A DNA stretch of 64,000 nucleotides from an uncultured Gemmatimonadales bacterium. GTDB lineage: Bacteria > Gemmatimonadota > Gemmatimonadetes > Longimicrobiales > RSA9. Of this stretch, positions 19,383-28,910 are shown piece after piece. The stretch's first letter is position 1. Each line of letters begins with the position of its first letter. The stretch spans positions 160,001-224,000 of the forward strand of contig CAWFKH010000001.1 in NCBI GenBank assembly GCA_963816355.1, in the 5' to 3' direction. The position numbers and the translations under genes are program-made. The notes beneath the pieces are model-generated. The model did not search any database. It was given only the letters and a program-made list of their open reading frames with translations, and was not told where the DNA came from.

Positions 19383-19507
19383 AGACCCCGGACCCCAGAC
19401 CCCAGACCCCAGACCCCAGACCCGCGAAGGTCCGCCCCGGCGGACCGAGCCCCCAGACCCCCGAACCCCAGCCCCCCCCAGACCCCACATTCCAGACCCC
19501 AGACCCC
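19383..19507. repeat. Heptamer (AGACCCC / GGGGTCT) repeat tract between FDH alpha and beta genes
   Basis: Run gaccccagaccccagaccccagacccc with further degenerate copies, interrupted by hairpin GGTCCGCCCCGGCGGACC at 19429-19446. Confidence 0.85.
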
Positions 19508-19529
19508 TCTCCACCACCCGCACCTGTCC

Positions 19530-22500
19530 TCACCCACCCCCGCCCACGCGCCCACACCTCAGATCACACGTCAAGGTCTTCCCCTCGTGGATCGTCACGT
19601 TCGGCTCTCCCACGAGCGCGACGAGGTCGTTCGCCGAAGCGCCCCGCGCGATGCCGCCGTAGCCGAAGTGCCACGGAAACCCCACCTGGTGCACGACGCG
19701 GCCGTCGATGCGGAGCGGCCGCAGCCGCCGCGTCACCAGCACGCGCGCCTCCGCCTCGCCGCGCGCGGTGCGCAGCGTGACCCAGCCGCCGTGCTCGACG
19801 CCCTTCTCGGCGGCGAGCTCCGGGCTGATCTCGACGAACGCCCCCGGCTGCAGTTCGGCGAGCCACGTGTTCCAGCGGGTCATCCCACCGCCGGTGTGGT
19901 GCTCGGTGAGGCGGTACGTGGTGAGGACGTAGGGGAACTCCGGGTTCGCCACGCCGTTGTACGGGTTCCCCTCGACGTGCCACGTCTTCGCCGCGGGATT
20001 GCGGTCACGGCCGCCGTAGATCGGATTGTGGACCGGCGACTCCCACGGCTCGTAGTGCGTCGGGAGCGGCCCGTCCTTCAGGCCGAACGGGAAGAAGAGC
20101 CACGCCTTCCCCCAGGACTTGAGGATGAAGGGCGAGTCGCCGCCCAGCCGCTCCATGCCCTCCGCGTCCGGCCGAGTCGGCGTGTCCGGCGCCTTCTCCT
20201 CGGGGAAATCGGGCTGGTCCTTGCCGCTCCAGCGCTCCCGCTTCGCGTCCCACCAGACGTATCGCTTGCGCTCCGACCACGGCTCCCCCGCCGGGTCGGC
20301 CGAGCAGCGGTTGTAGAGCATGCGGACGTTGTTCGGCCACGAGAACCCCCAGTTGGGCGCGATGTAGCCGTCGCCCGGGTCGCGGGAGCGAGCGCGGTTG
20401 CGGCCGGGATGCAGGCCGCAGTAGATCCAGCAGCCCGACGCGGTCGAGCCGTCCGCCTCCAGCTCCTTGTAGCCGGAGAGCTGCTCGCGGCCGGACCACT
20501 CCCGCGCCCAGCGGTAGCCGCTGATCTCGCGCACGACATGGTCGATCGACGGCTCGCCGTCATCCGTTTCCGGGTAGTCCCACGTGAGCGCGCGGATCGG
20601 CTCGTCGCGGGCGTCGTCGCCGTCCGCGTACAGCGCCCGCACACGCTTGAAGAGCTGGTGCATGAACCACGTCTCGGAGCGGCAGTCGCTCGGCGGCTGC
20701 ACGGCGCGGTCGTGGAACTGGATGAGGCGCTGCGTGTTCGTGAAGGAGCCGTCCTTCTCCGGCACCGTCGCCGCCGGCAGCAGGAACACCTCCGTTCCGA
20801 TCTCCTCCGGCCGCACCGCGCCGTCGCGCACTTCCGGCGAGTCCTTCCAGAAGGTCGCGCTCTCGATCTCGAAGATGTCGCGCACGACGAGCCACTTCAG
20901 ACGAGCGAGCCCGGCGCGCTGGAAGCGCGCGTTCTGGCCGCCGACCGCCGGATTCTGGCCCATCAGGAACAGCCCCTCCATGCCGCCGTCGTGCATCTTC
21001 ACGAACATCGGCATGTGCGAGTGGTCGCCGGTGATGCGCGGCAGCAGGCCGTAGCCGAAATCGTTCTCCGCCGTCGCGCTCTCGCCGAACCACGCTTTCA
21101 GCAGCGAAACCAGGTAGCTGCGCGCGTTCGCCCACAGGCCGCCCTTGCCCCCCTCGTTCCACACGTACGTCTCCAGGTCCGCGTCGATCGGCGAGTTCGC
21201 GGGCGCGTGGAGGTAGCCGGGCAGCAGGTCGTACAGCGTCGGGATGTCGGTCGACCCCTGGATCGTGGCGTGCCCGCGCAACGCCTGGATCCCCCCGCCG
21301 GGACGCCCAATGTTGCCCAGCAGTAGCTGCAGGATCGCCGCGCTCGCGATGATCTGCGGCCCCGTCGTGTGCTGGGTCCAGCCGACGGCGTAGCAGATCG
21401 CGCTCGTGCGCTCCCGTCCCGAGTTGCGCAGCAGCGCCTCCGCGAGCGCAACGAAGCGCCCGCGCGGTACGCCGCACGTCCGCTCGACCGTCTCCGGCGT
21501 ATACTCGTCGAAGTGGCGCTTCAACACCTGAAGCACGCAGCGCGGGTGCTCGAGCGTGGGGTCGGAGCGCGGCACACCGCCCTCGGTCTCGCCCGTGCGC
21601 GGCCCCAGGGCCTGCGTCTGCTTCACCGCCGAGATCTCCTCCTCGCCCTCCTTCGTCTTCGCCTCCCGCCGGTGCCCCGCGTACTGCCAGCTCTCCGGGT
21701 CGTAGCGGCCCTCCTCCTCCAGCCAGCCGGAGAAGTAGCCGCCGAGCTCGGCGACGTCACGGAAGTCGTCGGAGACGATGTCGGCGGCGTTCGTGTAGTG
21801 GCCGACGTACTCCCTGAAGAACGGGTCGTCGTTCCAGCGGTCGCTGTGGAGGACGTAGCGGATCAGGCCGCCCAGGAGGGCGATGTCGGAGCCGGCGCGG
21901 ATCTGCAGGTACTGCGTGGCGTGCGCGGACGTCCGGGTGAAGCGCGGGTCGACGTGGATCACTTCCGCGCCTCGCTCGCGCGCCTTCATGACGAAGCGGA
22001 AGCCGACCGGGTGCGCCTCCGCCATGTTGGAGCCCATGATCAGCAGGCAGTCCGCGTTGGCGAGGTCCATCTGGAAGGTGGTCGCCCCGCCACGACCCAT
22101 CGGCGTCCCCAGACCGGGGACCGTGGCACTATGTCATATGCGGGCCTGGTTCTCGACGTGCACGATCCCGCTCCCGACGCAGAACTTCTTGATCAGGTAG
22201 TTCTCCTCGTTGTCGAGTGCGGCGCCGCCCAGGAAGCCGACGCCCGACGTGTGGCGTACCGGGCATCCCTCGTCGTCTTCGGCCACCCACGTGCGCTCGC
22301 GCGACTCGGCGAAGCGGCGGGCGATGCGGTCCATCGCCCACTCGAGGTCGACCTCCTCCCATTCCGTTCCGTACGGCCGCCGGTACAGGGTTTTCGTCAG
22401 GCGCCGCGGATTGATCGTGTACTGGAAGATCCCGGCTCCCTTCGGGCACAACGTCCCCTCGTTGATCGGGCTGTCCGGGTCCCCCTCGACGTCGACCACC

Positions 22501-22742
22501 TGCCCGTCCCGCGTGTGGACGAGCGTGCCGCACCCGACCGCGCAGTACGGACACACGCTCGGGACGGTGCGCACGCCGTGCAGGCGGGAGCGCAGCGACC
22601 GCGTGCGGTCGGAGATGGCGACGTCCTCGCCCGGCTCGCCGGAGGTGTCGAAGCTGCCGCCGCCGAGCGCGCGCGCGGCCTGTCGCGCCGCGGGCCAGCG
22701 GGAGACGATGCGGTCGAGCAGCGGGAGAGGGCGTCGTCTCAT
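19530..22742 (-). CDS. Selenocysteine-containing molybdopterin formate dehydrogenase alpha subunit (FdnG/FdoG-like)
   Basis: ORFs 22134-22742 and 19530-22100 are in frame and joined by TGA at 22134-22136 in ENQARI-U-HSATV; CPYCAVGC...LCPKG Fe-S motif; GSNMAEAHPV; LRGH; TYRLTEHH. Confidence 0.93.
22089..22127 (-). promoter_or_regulatory. Bacterial SECIS element
   Basis: Immediately 3' of the UGA: GCCACG-GUCCCC-GGUCU-GGGGAC-...-CGUGGC stem-loop with G-containing apical loop. Confidence 0.85.
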
Positions 22743-22889
22743 CGGGGGCGGACCTCCGTGCGAGTTGGGCGTCGGTGCGGGACCGGACTCTTTGCGCGGC
22801 GATCGCCGCCGTGCAGCGGGCGCATCTTCACGGCCTCACCGCGAGCACGTCGCCGCTGCCGGATCCGTGCCAACGTAGACGACGACGCG

Positions 22890-24233
22890 CTACGGTGCGA
22901 CGCGGCTCCGCCCACCGCCGCGCCACAGGCCGAGTGCGAGGCCCACGTGCGCCGGCAGCGCCAGGGCGATGATCTCGCCGTTCGTCTGGTCCAGTCCGGG
23001 CAGCGCCTGCAGCACGAAGCCGAGCACCGCGAGTGCGGCGATCGCCGCCGCGAGCACGCGCGTCGCGCGCCGCATGCGCCCCCACGCGTACGCGGGCAGC
23101 AGGACGACCAGCGCCAGCGCCAGCGGATCGAATTGCAGCACGTTCTCGTTGTGGTGCGCAGCCCAGTGGTCGGTGAAGCCCCAGAGGAAAAGGAGCAGGA
23201 GGCCGAAGAAGCCGATCAGCATCGACCACGTGGCGCCCAGCGCGCCGAACAGGAGGCGGCGCCGGCGGCTGCGCTCGATCCCCGCCGCGCCGCGGTAGAG
23301 GAGGAATCCGACGGCCACGCCCAGCACCAGGTAGAACGGCCACCAGCGCGGCGGCCGCCGCGGCACGGGCGGCCGCGAGGCGTCGAAGAGCGTGGTCTCG
23401 CGGACGACCAGCGGCCGCGTCGTGCCGTCCGGACCGGTCAGGTCGATGTCGCGCAGGTGCTCCATCAACTGGAGCGGAAGGAACATCTCGTCCCACACCG
23501 AGATCGGCCGGTCCACCGCCTCGCCGAGCCCGAGCTCCGTCCCGGTGTAAACCAGCGGCGCGGCCTCGGTCAGCATGCGCGTGTGGTCCCGGTACGTCAT
23601 GCGAGCGCGGCGGTCGGCCGTCTGCGCCCGCAGCGCGCCTCCCGTCACGACGTCGATCGCGTCGCGCACGCGCGTCGTGCAGTTGTCGCGGTAGTAGTCG
23701 TAGCGGTAGAAGCGGTTCTCCGGCCGCGCGTTCCACTCCAGGAAGCTCTGCAGCTCCACGCGCTGGCGCGGCGTCAGGTCCAGCTCCTGCGCCCACACCG
23801 ACCGGTTCTGCGCCGCGTACGCGCGGATCATCGCGTTCGCGTCGAACCCCTCCATCCAGTACTCCATCCGACCCAGGACGAAGTTCGGAAGGAAGTGCGG
23901 CGCCTTGAAGTCGAACATCCCGTAGTTGTACGCGACGTCGGTGCCCTTCGCCTCGTCGTGGATCCAGATCGCGTCGTGGCCGAAGCGCTCCCACACCGCA
24001 TCGCCCGGGCCGAACGTGAGCAGGAACACGCGCAGGTAGAGTCCGGCCGCGTCGGCCATGCCGGCCGGCGTCCGGCCCGGCGCCTGCCCCGGCCGCGCCG
24101 ACGCCGCCGCCCGGGCCATGCTTCCGGCCCGGGCCGCGATCCCAGCCGAAGCCGCGAGCGCCGCGGCGGGTTGCGGGAGCGCCCCGAGCGTCGCCAGTGC
24201 GGCGAGCGCGAGCGCGGCGCGAGGCCGCGTCAA
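22890..24233 (-). CDS. DUF4105 / Lnb-like membrane protein (candidate lipoprotein N-acyltransferase)
   Basis: LLTFGPG...FGHDAI, YNYGMFDF, YRYDYYRDNCTTR, MFLP; four C-terminal TM segments; start uncertain. Confidence 0.8.
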   Translation of the reverse strand: MTRPRAALALAALATLGALPQPAAALAASAGIAARAGSMARAAASARPGQAPGRTPAGMADAAGLYLRVFLLTFGPGDAVWERFGHDAIWIHDEAKGTDVAYNYGMFDFKAPHFLPNFVLGRMEYWMEGFDANAMIRAYAAQNRSVWAQELDLTPRQRVELQSFLEWNARPENRFYRYDYYRDNCTTRVRDAIDVVTGGALRAQTADRRARMTYRDHTRMLTEAAPLVYTGTELGLGEAVDRPISVWDEMFLPLQLMEHLRDIDLTGPDGTTRPLVVRETTLFDASRPPVPRRPPRWWPFYLVLGVAVGFLLYRGAAGIERSRRRRLLFGALGATWSMLIGFFGLLLLFLWGFTDHWAAHHNENVLQFDPLALALVVLLPAYAWGRMRRATRVLAAAIAALAVLGFVLQALPGLDQTNGEIIALALPAHVGLALGLWRGGGRSRVAP

Positions 24234-25003
24234 CCGTCCTCCCGCCGCACCGTCACGCCGTTGCGCTGCGCGGTGGGGAGTATGTAGAGGTCGAAGATGT
24301 TGACGTGGGGCGGCACATTCAGGACGTACAGCACCGCGTCCGCGACGTCCTCCGGCCCGAGCGGAGTGAAGCCGCGGTAGACGCCCGCCGCGCGATCCTC
24401 GTCGCCGTGGAAGCGGACCACGGAGAATTCCGTCTCGACGAGGCCCGGATTGACCGCGGAGACGCGGATCTTCGTGTCCGCCAGGTCGATGCTCATCCCC
24501 TCGTTGAGCGCGCGGACGGCGAACTTCGTCGCGTTGTAGACGTTGCCGGCCGGATACACCCAGCGGCCCGCCGTGCTGCCGATGTTGACGACGTGGCCGC
24601 GGTCGCGCTCGACCATTCCCGGCAGGATCGCGCGCGACACGTTGAGCAGCCCCTTGACGTTGGTGTCGATCATGCGGTCCCAGTCGCCGAAATCCCCCCG
24701 CTGGACGGGATCGAAGCCGGACGCCAGACCGGCGTTGTTGACCAGGATGTCGACCTCGACACCGGCGCCGCTCAGCTCCGCGACCGCGCTCGTCACGTTC
24801 TCACGATCCCGCACGTCCACCGGCTGCACGACGACGCGCGCGCGATCGCTCTCCAGGCCGTCCTTCAGCCGCGAGAGCCGCTCCGCGCGGCGCGCCCACA
24901 GAACGAGGTTCACCCCTTCCGCCGCCAGCGCGCGCGCGCACGCTTCGCCGATCCCGGCCGTCGCGCCGGTCACCAGTGCCCACTGCCCTCGAATCCGGTT
25001 CAT
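24230..25003 (-). CDS. SDR oxidoreductase (YdfG-like)
   Basis: TGATAGIG, LVNNAG, YNATK, PGLVETEFS. Confidence 0.9.
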   Translation of the reverse strand: MNRIRGQWALVTGATAGIGEACARALAAEGVNLVLWARRAERLSRLKDGLESDRARVVVQPVDVRDRENVTSAVAELSGAGVEVDILVNNAGLASGFDPVQRGDFGDWDRMIDTNVKGLLNVSRAILPGMVERDRGHVVNIGSTAGRWVYPAGNVYNATKFAVRALNEGMSIDLADTKIRVSAVNPGLVETEFSVVRFHGDEDRAAGVYRGFTPLGPEDVADAVLYVLNVPPHVNIFDLYILPTAQRNGVTVRREDG

Positions 25004-25046
25004 CGCCCCGTCACGTTGATGTTGACTCCCGCGCCGCGTGCGCGGC

Positions 25047-26171
25047 TCACGCCTCCCCGCACGGGCGGAACGCCGCCGGCCGCCGGCGCCGCTCGTCCAC
25101 GTGGAGCTGGAACACGTCCGGCCGCGCGTAGTGGCCGACGACGTCGAAATCGAATCGCGCGCGCGCGATCGCGCCACGGTCCAGCTCCGCATAGAGGATC
25201 CCCTCGCGGTCGTAGAGCGGTCCGGCGAGGTAATCGCCGAGCGGTCCAACGATGGCGCTCCCTCCGCGGCAGAGGACGTCCGGCCTCCCTTCCAGCTCCT
25301 CTCGCCCCGGCAGGTCCGCGGGGTAGAGGTCGCGCGTCACGTACTGGTTGCAGCCCAGCACGAAGCAGCGGCCCTCGCAGGCGATGTGTCGCAGCGTCGC
25401 CTGCCACGAGTCGCGCGCGTCCGCGGTGGGAGCCAGGTAGAGCTCGACCCCCTTGGCGTACATCGCCATGCGCGCCAGCGGCATGTAGTTCTCCCAGCAG
25501 ATGAGGCCGCCGACGCGCCCCAGATCCGTCGCGACCACCGGCATCGTGCTGCCATCCCCCTCGCCCCACACCAGCCGCTCCGCGGCCGTCGGCTTCAGCT
25601 TGCGGTGCTTCCCCAGCAAGCGCCCGTCCGGGCCGAAGTGGAGCAGCGTGCAGTAGAGGGTTCCCCGCGAGTACTCGCCGTCCCGCTCGATGACGCCGAT
25701 GGCGAGGTGAACGGCCGACTCGCGCGCGATCGCCGCGAGCGCGTCGAACGCCGCGAGCGCGCCCGCGTCCTCCCCTTCCGCGCCGCCGTCCCGCGCCGCC
25801 GGCCCCGGGTCCGCCGGGTCCCCGGACGCCCGCGCACCGCCCGCCTCCGCCGCCCCCGGTACGACCACCGCGTTCGCCCGGTAGCGCTCGAACATCCGAC
25901 GGCCGGTGTCGCTGCGGCCGCCGATGACGGTGCCGAAGACGAGGCCCCACGGGTACGCGGGCACGTACGCCTCGGGGAAGAGGACCAGCCGCGCGCCGTT
26001 GTGGGACGCTTCGCGCGTGAGCCGCGCGACGTTGGCGATCGCCGCCTCGCGGTCGAATGGCGCTGGTGCGGCCTGAACGACGGCGACGCGCGCCGCGGGC
26101 GCGGGCGCCGCGCCGCCGGCCGCCGTGGCGCCGTCGCTCGAACGCGCCGGTCCGGACGCCGCCTCGCTCAC
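25047..26171 (-). CDS. Nitrilase (carbon-nitrogen hydrolase)
   Basis: Catalytic triad FPE, HRKLKPT, ICWENYMP; DVVGHYARPDVF. Confidence 0.9.
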   Translation of the reverse strand: MSEAASGPARSSDGATAAGGAAPAPAARVAVVQAAPAPFDREAAIANVARLTREASHNGARLVLFPEAYVPAYPWGLVFGTVIGGRSDTGRRMFERYRANAVVVPGAAEAGGARASGDPADPGPAARDGGAEGEDAGALAAFDALAAIARESAVHLAIGVIERDGEYSRGTLYCTLLHFGPDGRLLGKHRKLKPTAAERLVWGEGDGSTMPVVATDLGRVGGLICWENYMPLARMAMYAKGVELYLAPTADARDSWQATLRHIACEGRCFVLGCNQYVTRDLYPADLPGREELEGRPDVLCRGGSAIVGPLGDYLAGPLYDREGILYAELDRGAIARARFDFDVVGHYARPDVFQLHVDERRRRPAAFRPCGEA

Positions 26172-26575
26172 TGCTCCTCCAGCCCCTCGATGCGGTGGCG
26201 GCCGCGCTCGTCGCCCGCCTGCGCGCCGGAGCGGTAGAGGATCACGCGGGCCCGCTCGAGGGTGACGAGGCCGCCGCCGATCAGCTCGTCCAGCTCCGGC
26301 AGCAGCTCCTGAATGCGCTCCTCGGTCTCGACGACCTCGACCACGATCGGCAGATCGAGCGAGAGTCGGAGGATGCGGTCCGTGTGCAGCCGCGCGCTGG
26401 CGCCGAAGCCGGAGATGCCACGCAGCACGGTGGCGCCCGCGCAGCCTCGCTCGCGCAGCGTCGCCACGATCGCTTCATAGAGCGGCTTGCCCTTGTGCGG
26501 CCCCTCCTGGGCGCGGTCGCTCTCGCCGATGAAGATCCGCATGAGCGTGCGCTCGCCCGTGAATCGTTGCGTCAT
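26168..26575 (-). CDS. DUF190 PII-like protein
   Basis: MRIFIGESD, GATVLRGISGFG, LSLDLPIVVEVV, GLVTLE. Confidence 0.88.
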   Translation of the reverse strand: MTQRFTGERTLMRIFIGESDRAQEGPHKGKPLYEAIVATLRERGCAGATVLRGISGFGASARLHTDRILRLSLDLPIVVEVVETEERIQELLPELDELIGGGLVTLERARVILYRSGAQAGDERGRHRIEGLEEQ

Positions 26576-26961
26576 CGTGTCGCCCCCGCGTGGAGGATCG
26601 ACGCCGCCGCCCAGAAGCCGACGAACACGGCGCCGAGACCGAGCACGACGCTGCCGAGCGAGTAGAGCGCGGCCGCGCCCCACTCCCGATCCTGGACCAG
26701 CAGCGCCGCCTCGTAGCTGAACGTGCTGAACGTGGTGAAGGCACCCAGGAACCCGACCGCGATGAAGCCGCGCAGCTCGGGTGTCACGGGCACCGCCCCG
26801 AAGAGGCGGTAGAGGAAGCCGAGCAGCGCCGCCCCCACCACGTTCACGGCGAGGGTCCCCCACGGGTAGGCGGCGCCCGCCCACGCGTGAACCCAGCCGC
26901 CGACGGCGTAGCGCGCCACGGCTCCGAGCGCGCCGCCGCCCGCGATCCAGAGATAGAGCAC
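26572..26961 (-). CDS. crcB: Fluoride efflux channel FluC
   Basis: GGALGAVARY, PWGTLAVN, GFLGAFTTFSTF. Confidence 0.93.
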   Translation of the reverse strand: MLYLWIAGGGALGAVARYAVGGWVHAWAGAAYPWGTLAVNVVGAALLGFLYRLFGAVPVTPELRGFIAVGFLGAFTTFSTFSYEAALLVQDREWGAAALYSLGSVVLGLGAVFVGFWAAASILHAGATR

Positions 26962-26971
26962 GAGCGCCTCC

Positions 26972-28780
26972 TCAGCGCGCCGGGGGAGCGGCGGAGTCCG
27001 GCTCCGCGTCCCGGCGGGCCTCGACCGACTCCACCCGGAACGTGGGAGCCGCGTAGCCGGCGGGCACGTAGTCGGGCGGAACGGCGGCGGCGTTGCCGTC
27101 GCGAAGCGCTTCGTAGTGCGGCGAGGTGATCTCGATGCCCGCCTCGTTGAAGGCGTCCTGGATGTTGCGGTGGAGCTCCGAGTAGATCGTGGCCATGCGG
27201 TTCGGGTGCCGGGTGTAGACGTTGATCTCGTAGCTCACGTAAAAATCATTGAGCGCGGTCTGCAACACGAACGGCGGCGGCGTGTCCAGCGTGCCCTCGG
27301 TGCGCCCCGCCGCCTGCAGCAGCGCGGCGTGCACGTCGCGCCACGGGGCGTCATAGCCGATCGTCACCGTCGTGTGCAGGATCACGCCCCGCTCGGCGGC
27401 GGTCGAGCTGTAGTTGATGATATGGCTGCCCAGCACCATCGAGTTCGGCACCGTGATGTCGACGTTCTTGATCGTGCGGACGCGCGTCACGAGCAGGTTC
27501 TTCGCCACCACATCGCCCACGGTGTCCGCGATCTTGACGCGGTCGCCGACCTGGAACGGCCGCATGTAGACCATGACGAGACCGCCGAAGACGTTGGCGA
27601 CGGCCGACGCCGAACCGAAGGTGAGCAGCAGGCCGAGGAACGCCGCGACCCCCTTGAACCCCTCCGAGCTGCTCTTCGGCAGGTACGGCCAGATCAGGAT
27701 GACGGCGAACGCGAAGACGAGGAATCGGACGATCTTGTAGGTCGGATCGGCCCAATCCGGATAGAAGCCCTCGAACGTGATGCGGCGGTTCGCGATGCCG
27801 TCGAAGAAGAACCGGATCAGCTTCAGCAGATAGTACGTCGCGATCAGGATGACCCCGATCGACAGCAGGTTCGGCAGATACCCCGCGATCGCGCTCGCCA
27901 CGCCCGACACCGGCTGCCAGATGTAGTCGAGGAGCTGCGACGACAGGCCGCGCGTCCACGGGAAGAAGCTGAAGACGAGCGGCACGTACAGGTAGAGCAG
28001 CAGCGCCGTCGCGACGAAACGCACTACCCGCGCGGACACGACCAGCGCGTCCGCGATCCGTTCGGAGGAGACCAGCTCCAGCTTCTGGATGCGCAGCGAC
28101 GGGATCTTCGTGCGCCGCCACAGCCCGATCAGCCGGTATACGCGCGGGAAGAAGGCGGCGAACAGGCGCAGCAGCAGGACGAGCACCGCGGTGACGATCA
28201 GCGAGTAGACTACGCCCAGCGCCAGCGCCTTCACGCTCACCGTCTCCGCGCGCTCGCGCAGCGCTCGCGCCACGATGCCGGCGTAGCGCCGCGCCAGCAC
28301 CTCGCGCGTGGTCCCCTCCGCCGCGCCGTCCGCGTCCGTCACCGAAAGCAGGACGACGCCGCCCACCTTCAGTTCCGTGTCGCTCGTCGACTCCAGCACC
28401 AGCACCGTGTCCGCGGCCACCGCGCGCGGCGCCGACGAGAGCGCCTCGAGGCGCGAAGTGATCGCCGCCGCGCGCTGGGCGGCGCCGTACGGCCCGAGCC
28501 GCGCGCGGATGCGGAAGAGCGTGTCGCCCCCCAGCACGACCGGCCAGCCCGGTCCGCTCGCCGCGGCGGCCGCCGACGCCGATTCCGCGGGGATCGGCGC
28601 GCCCTGCGCCGCGCCGGTGTCGGCCACCGCCCCGGCCGGGCCGCGCTGGTCGGCGGCGCGTCCCGACGCCTGCTCGGCGGAGCTTGCTGTGGGCCGCGCG
28701 ATCGCGGCCGCTGGCGGCACCCAGACGGCGAGCCAGACGGCGATCAGACCGGCGACGGATCGACCCCGCTTCATCTCCAC
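26972..28780 (-). CDS. MscS-family mechanosensitive channel with large periplasmic N-terminal domain
   Basis: PFQVGDRVKI, TVPNS, IGYDAPW, IQDAFNEAGIEITSPHY. Confidence 0.88.
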   Translation of the reverse strand: MEMKRGRSVAGLIAVWLAVWVPPAAAIARPTASSAEQASGRAADQRGPAGAVADTGAAQGAPIPAESASAAAAASGPGWPVVLGGDTLFRIRARLGPYGAAQRAAAITSRLEALSSAPRAVAADTVLVLESTSDTELKVGGVVLLSVTDADGAAEGTTREVLARRYAGIVARALRERAETVSVKALALGVVYSLIVTAVLVLLLRLFAAFFPRVYRLIGLWRRTKIPSLRIQKLELVSSERIADALVVSARVVRFVATALLLYLYVPLVFSFFPWTRGLSSQLLDYIWQPVSGVASAIAGYLPNLLSIGVILIATYYLLKLIRFFFDGIANRRITFEGFYPDWADPTYKIVRFLVFAFAVILIWPYLPKSSSEGFKGVAAFLGLLLTFGSASAVANVFGGLVMVYMRPFQVGDRVKIADTVGDVVAKNLLVTRVRTIKNVDITVPNSMVLGSHIINYSSTAAERGVILHTTVTIGYDAPWRDVHAALLQAAGRTEGTLDTPPPFVLQTALNDFYVSYEINVYTRHPNRMATIYSELHRNIQDAFNEAGIEITSPHYEALRDGNAAAVPPDYVPAGYAAPTFRVESVEARRDAEPDSAAPPAR

Positions 28781-28910
28781 GGCCTCGCGGTCCTCTTCGT
28801 GGGTCGCTCGCGGGAGCGGCCGGCGGCCCGCCGCCCTCGCCGCCCCCGCACGCGCTCGTAAGGTAGGGTGCCGCCGCCGCGCGCGCCCGCCGCTGTCCCG
28901 CGTGGCGCGC

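Noticed and set aside
22134..22136. Nonsense mutation or split pseudogene in FDH alpha
   Set aside because: In-frame UGA at the catalytic Sec position with a SECIS behind it
18201..24287. Long plus-strand ORFs of 1041 and 972 aa, and similar ones such as 35297-38488
   Set aside because: Antisense shadows of well-supported genes, with no motifs
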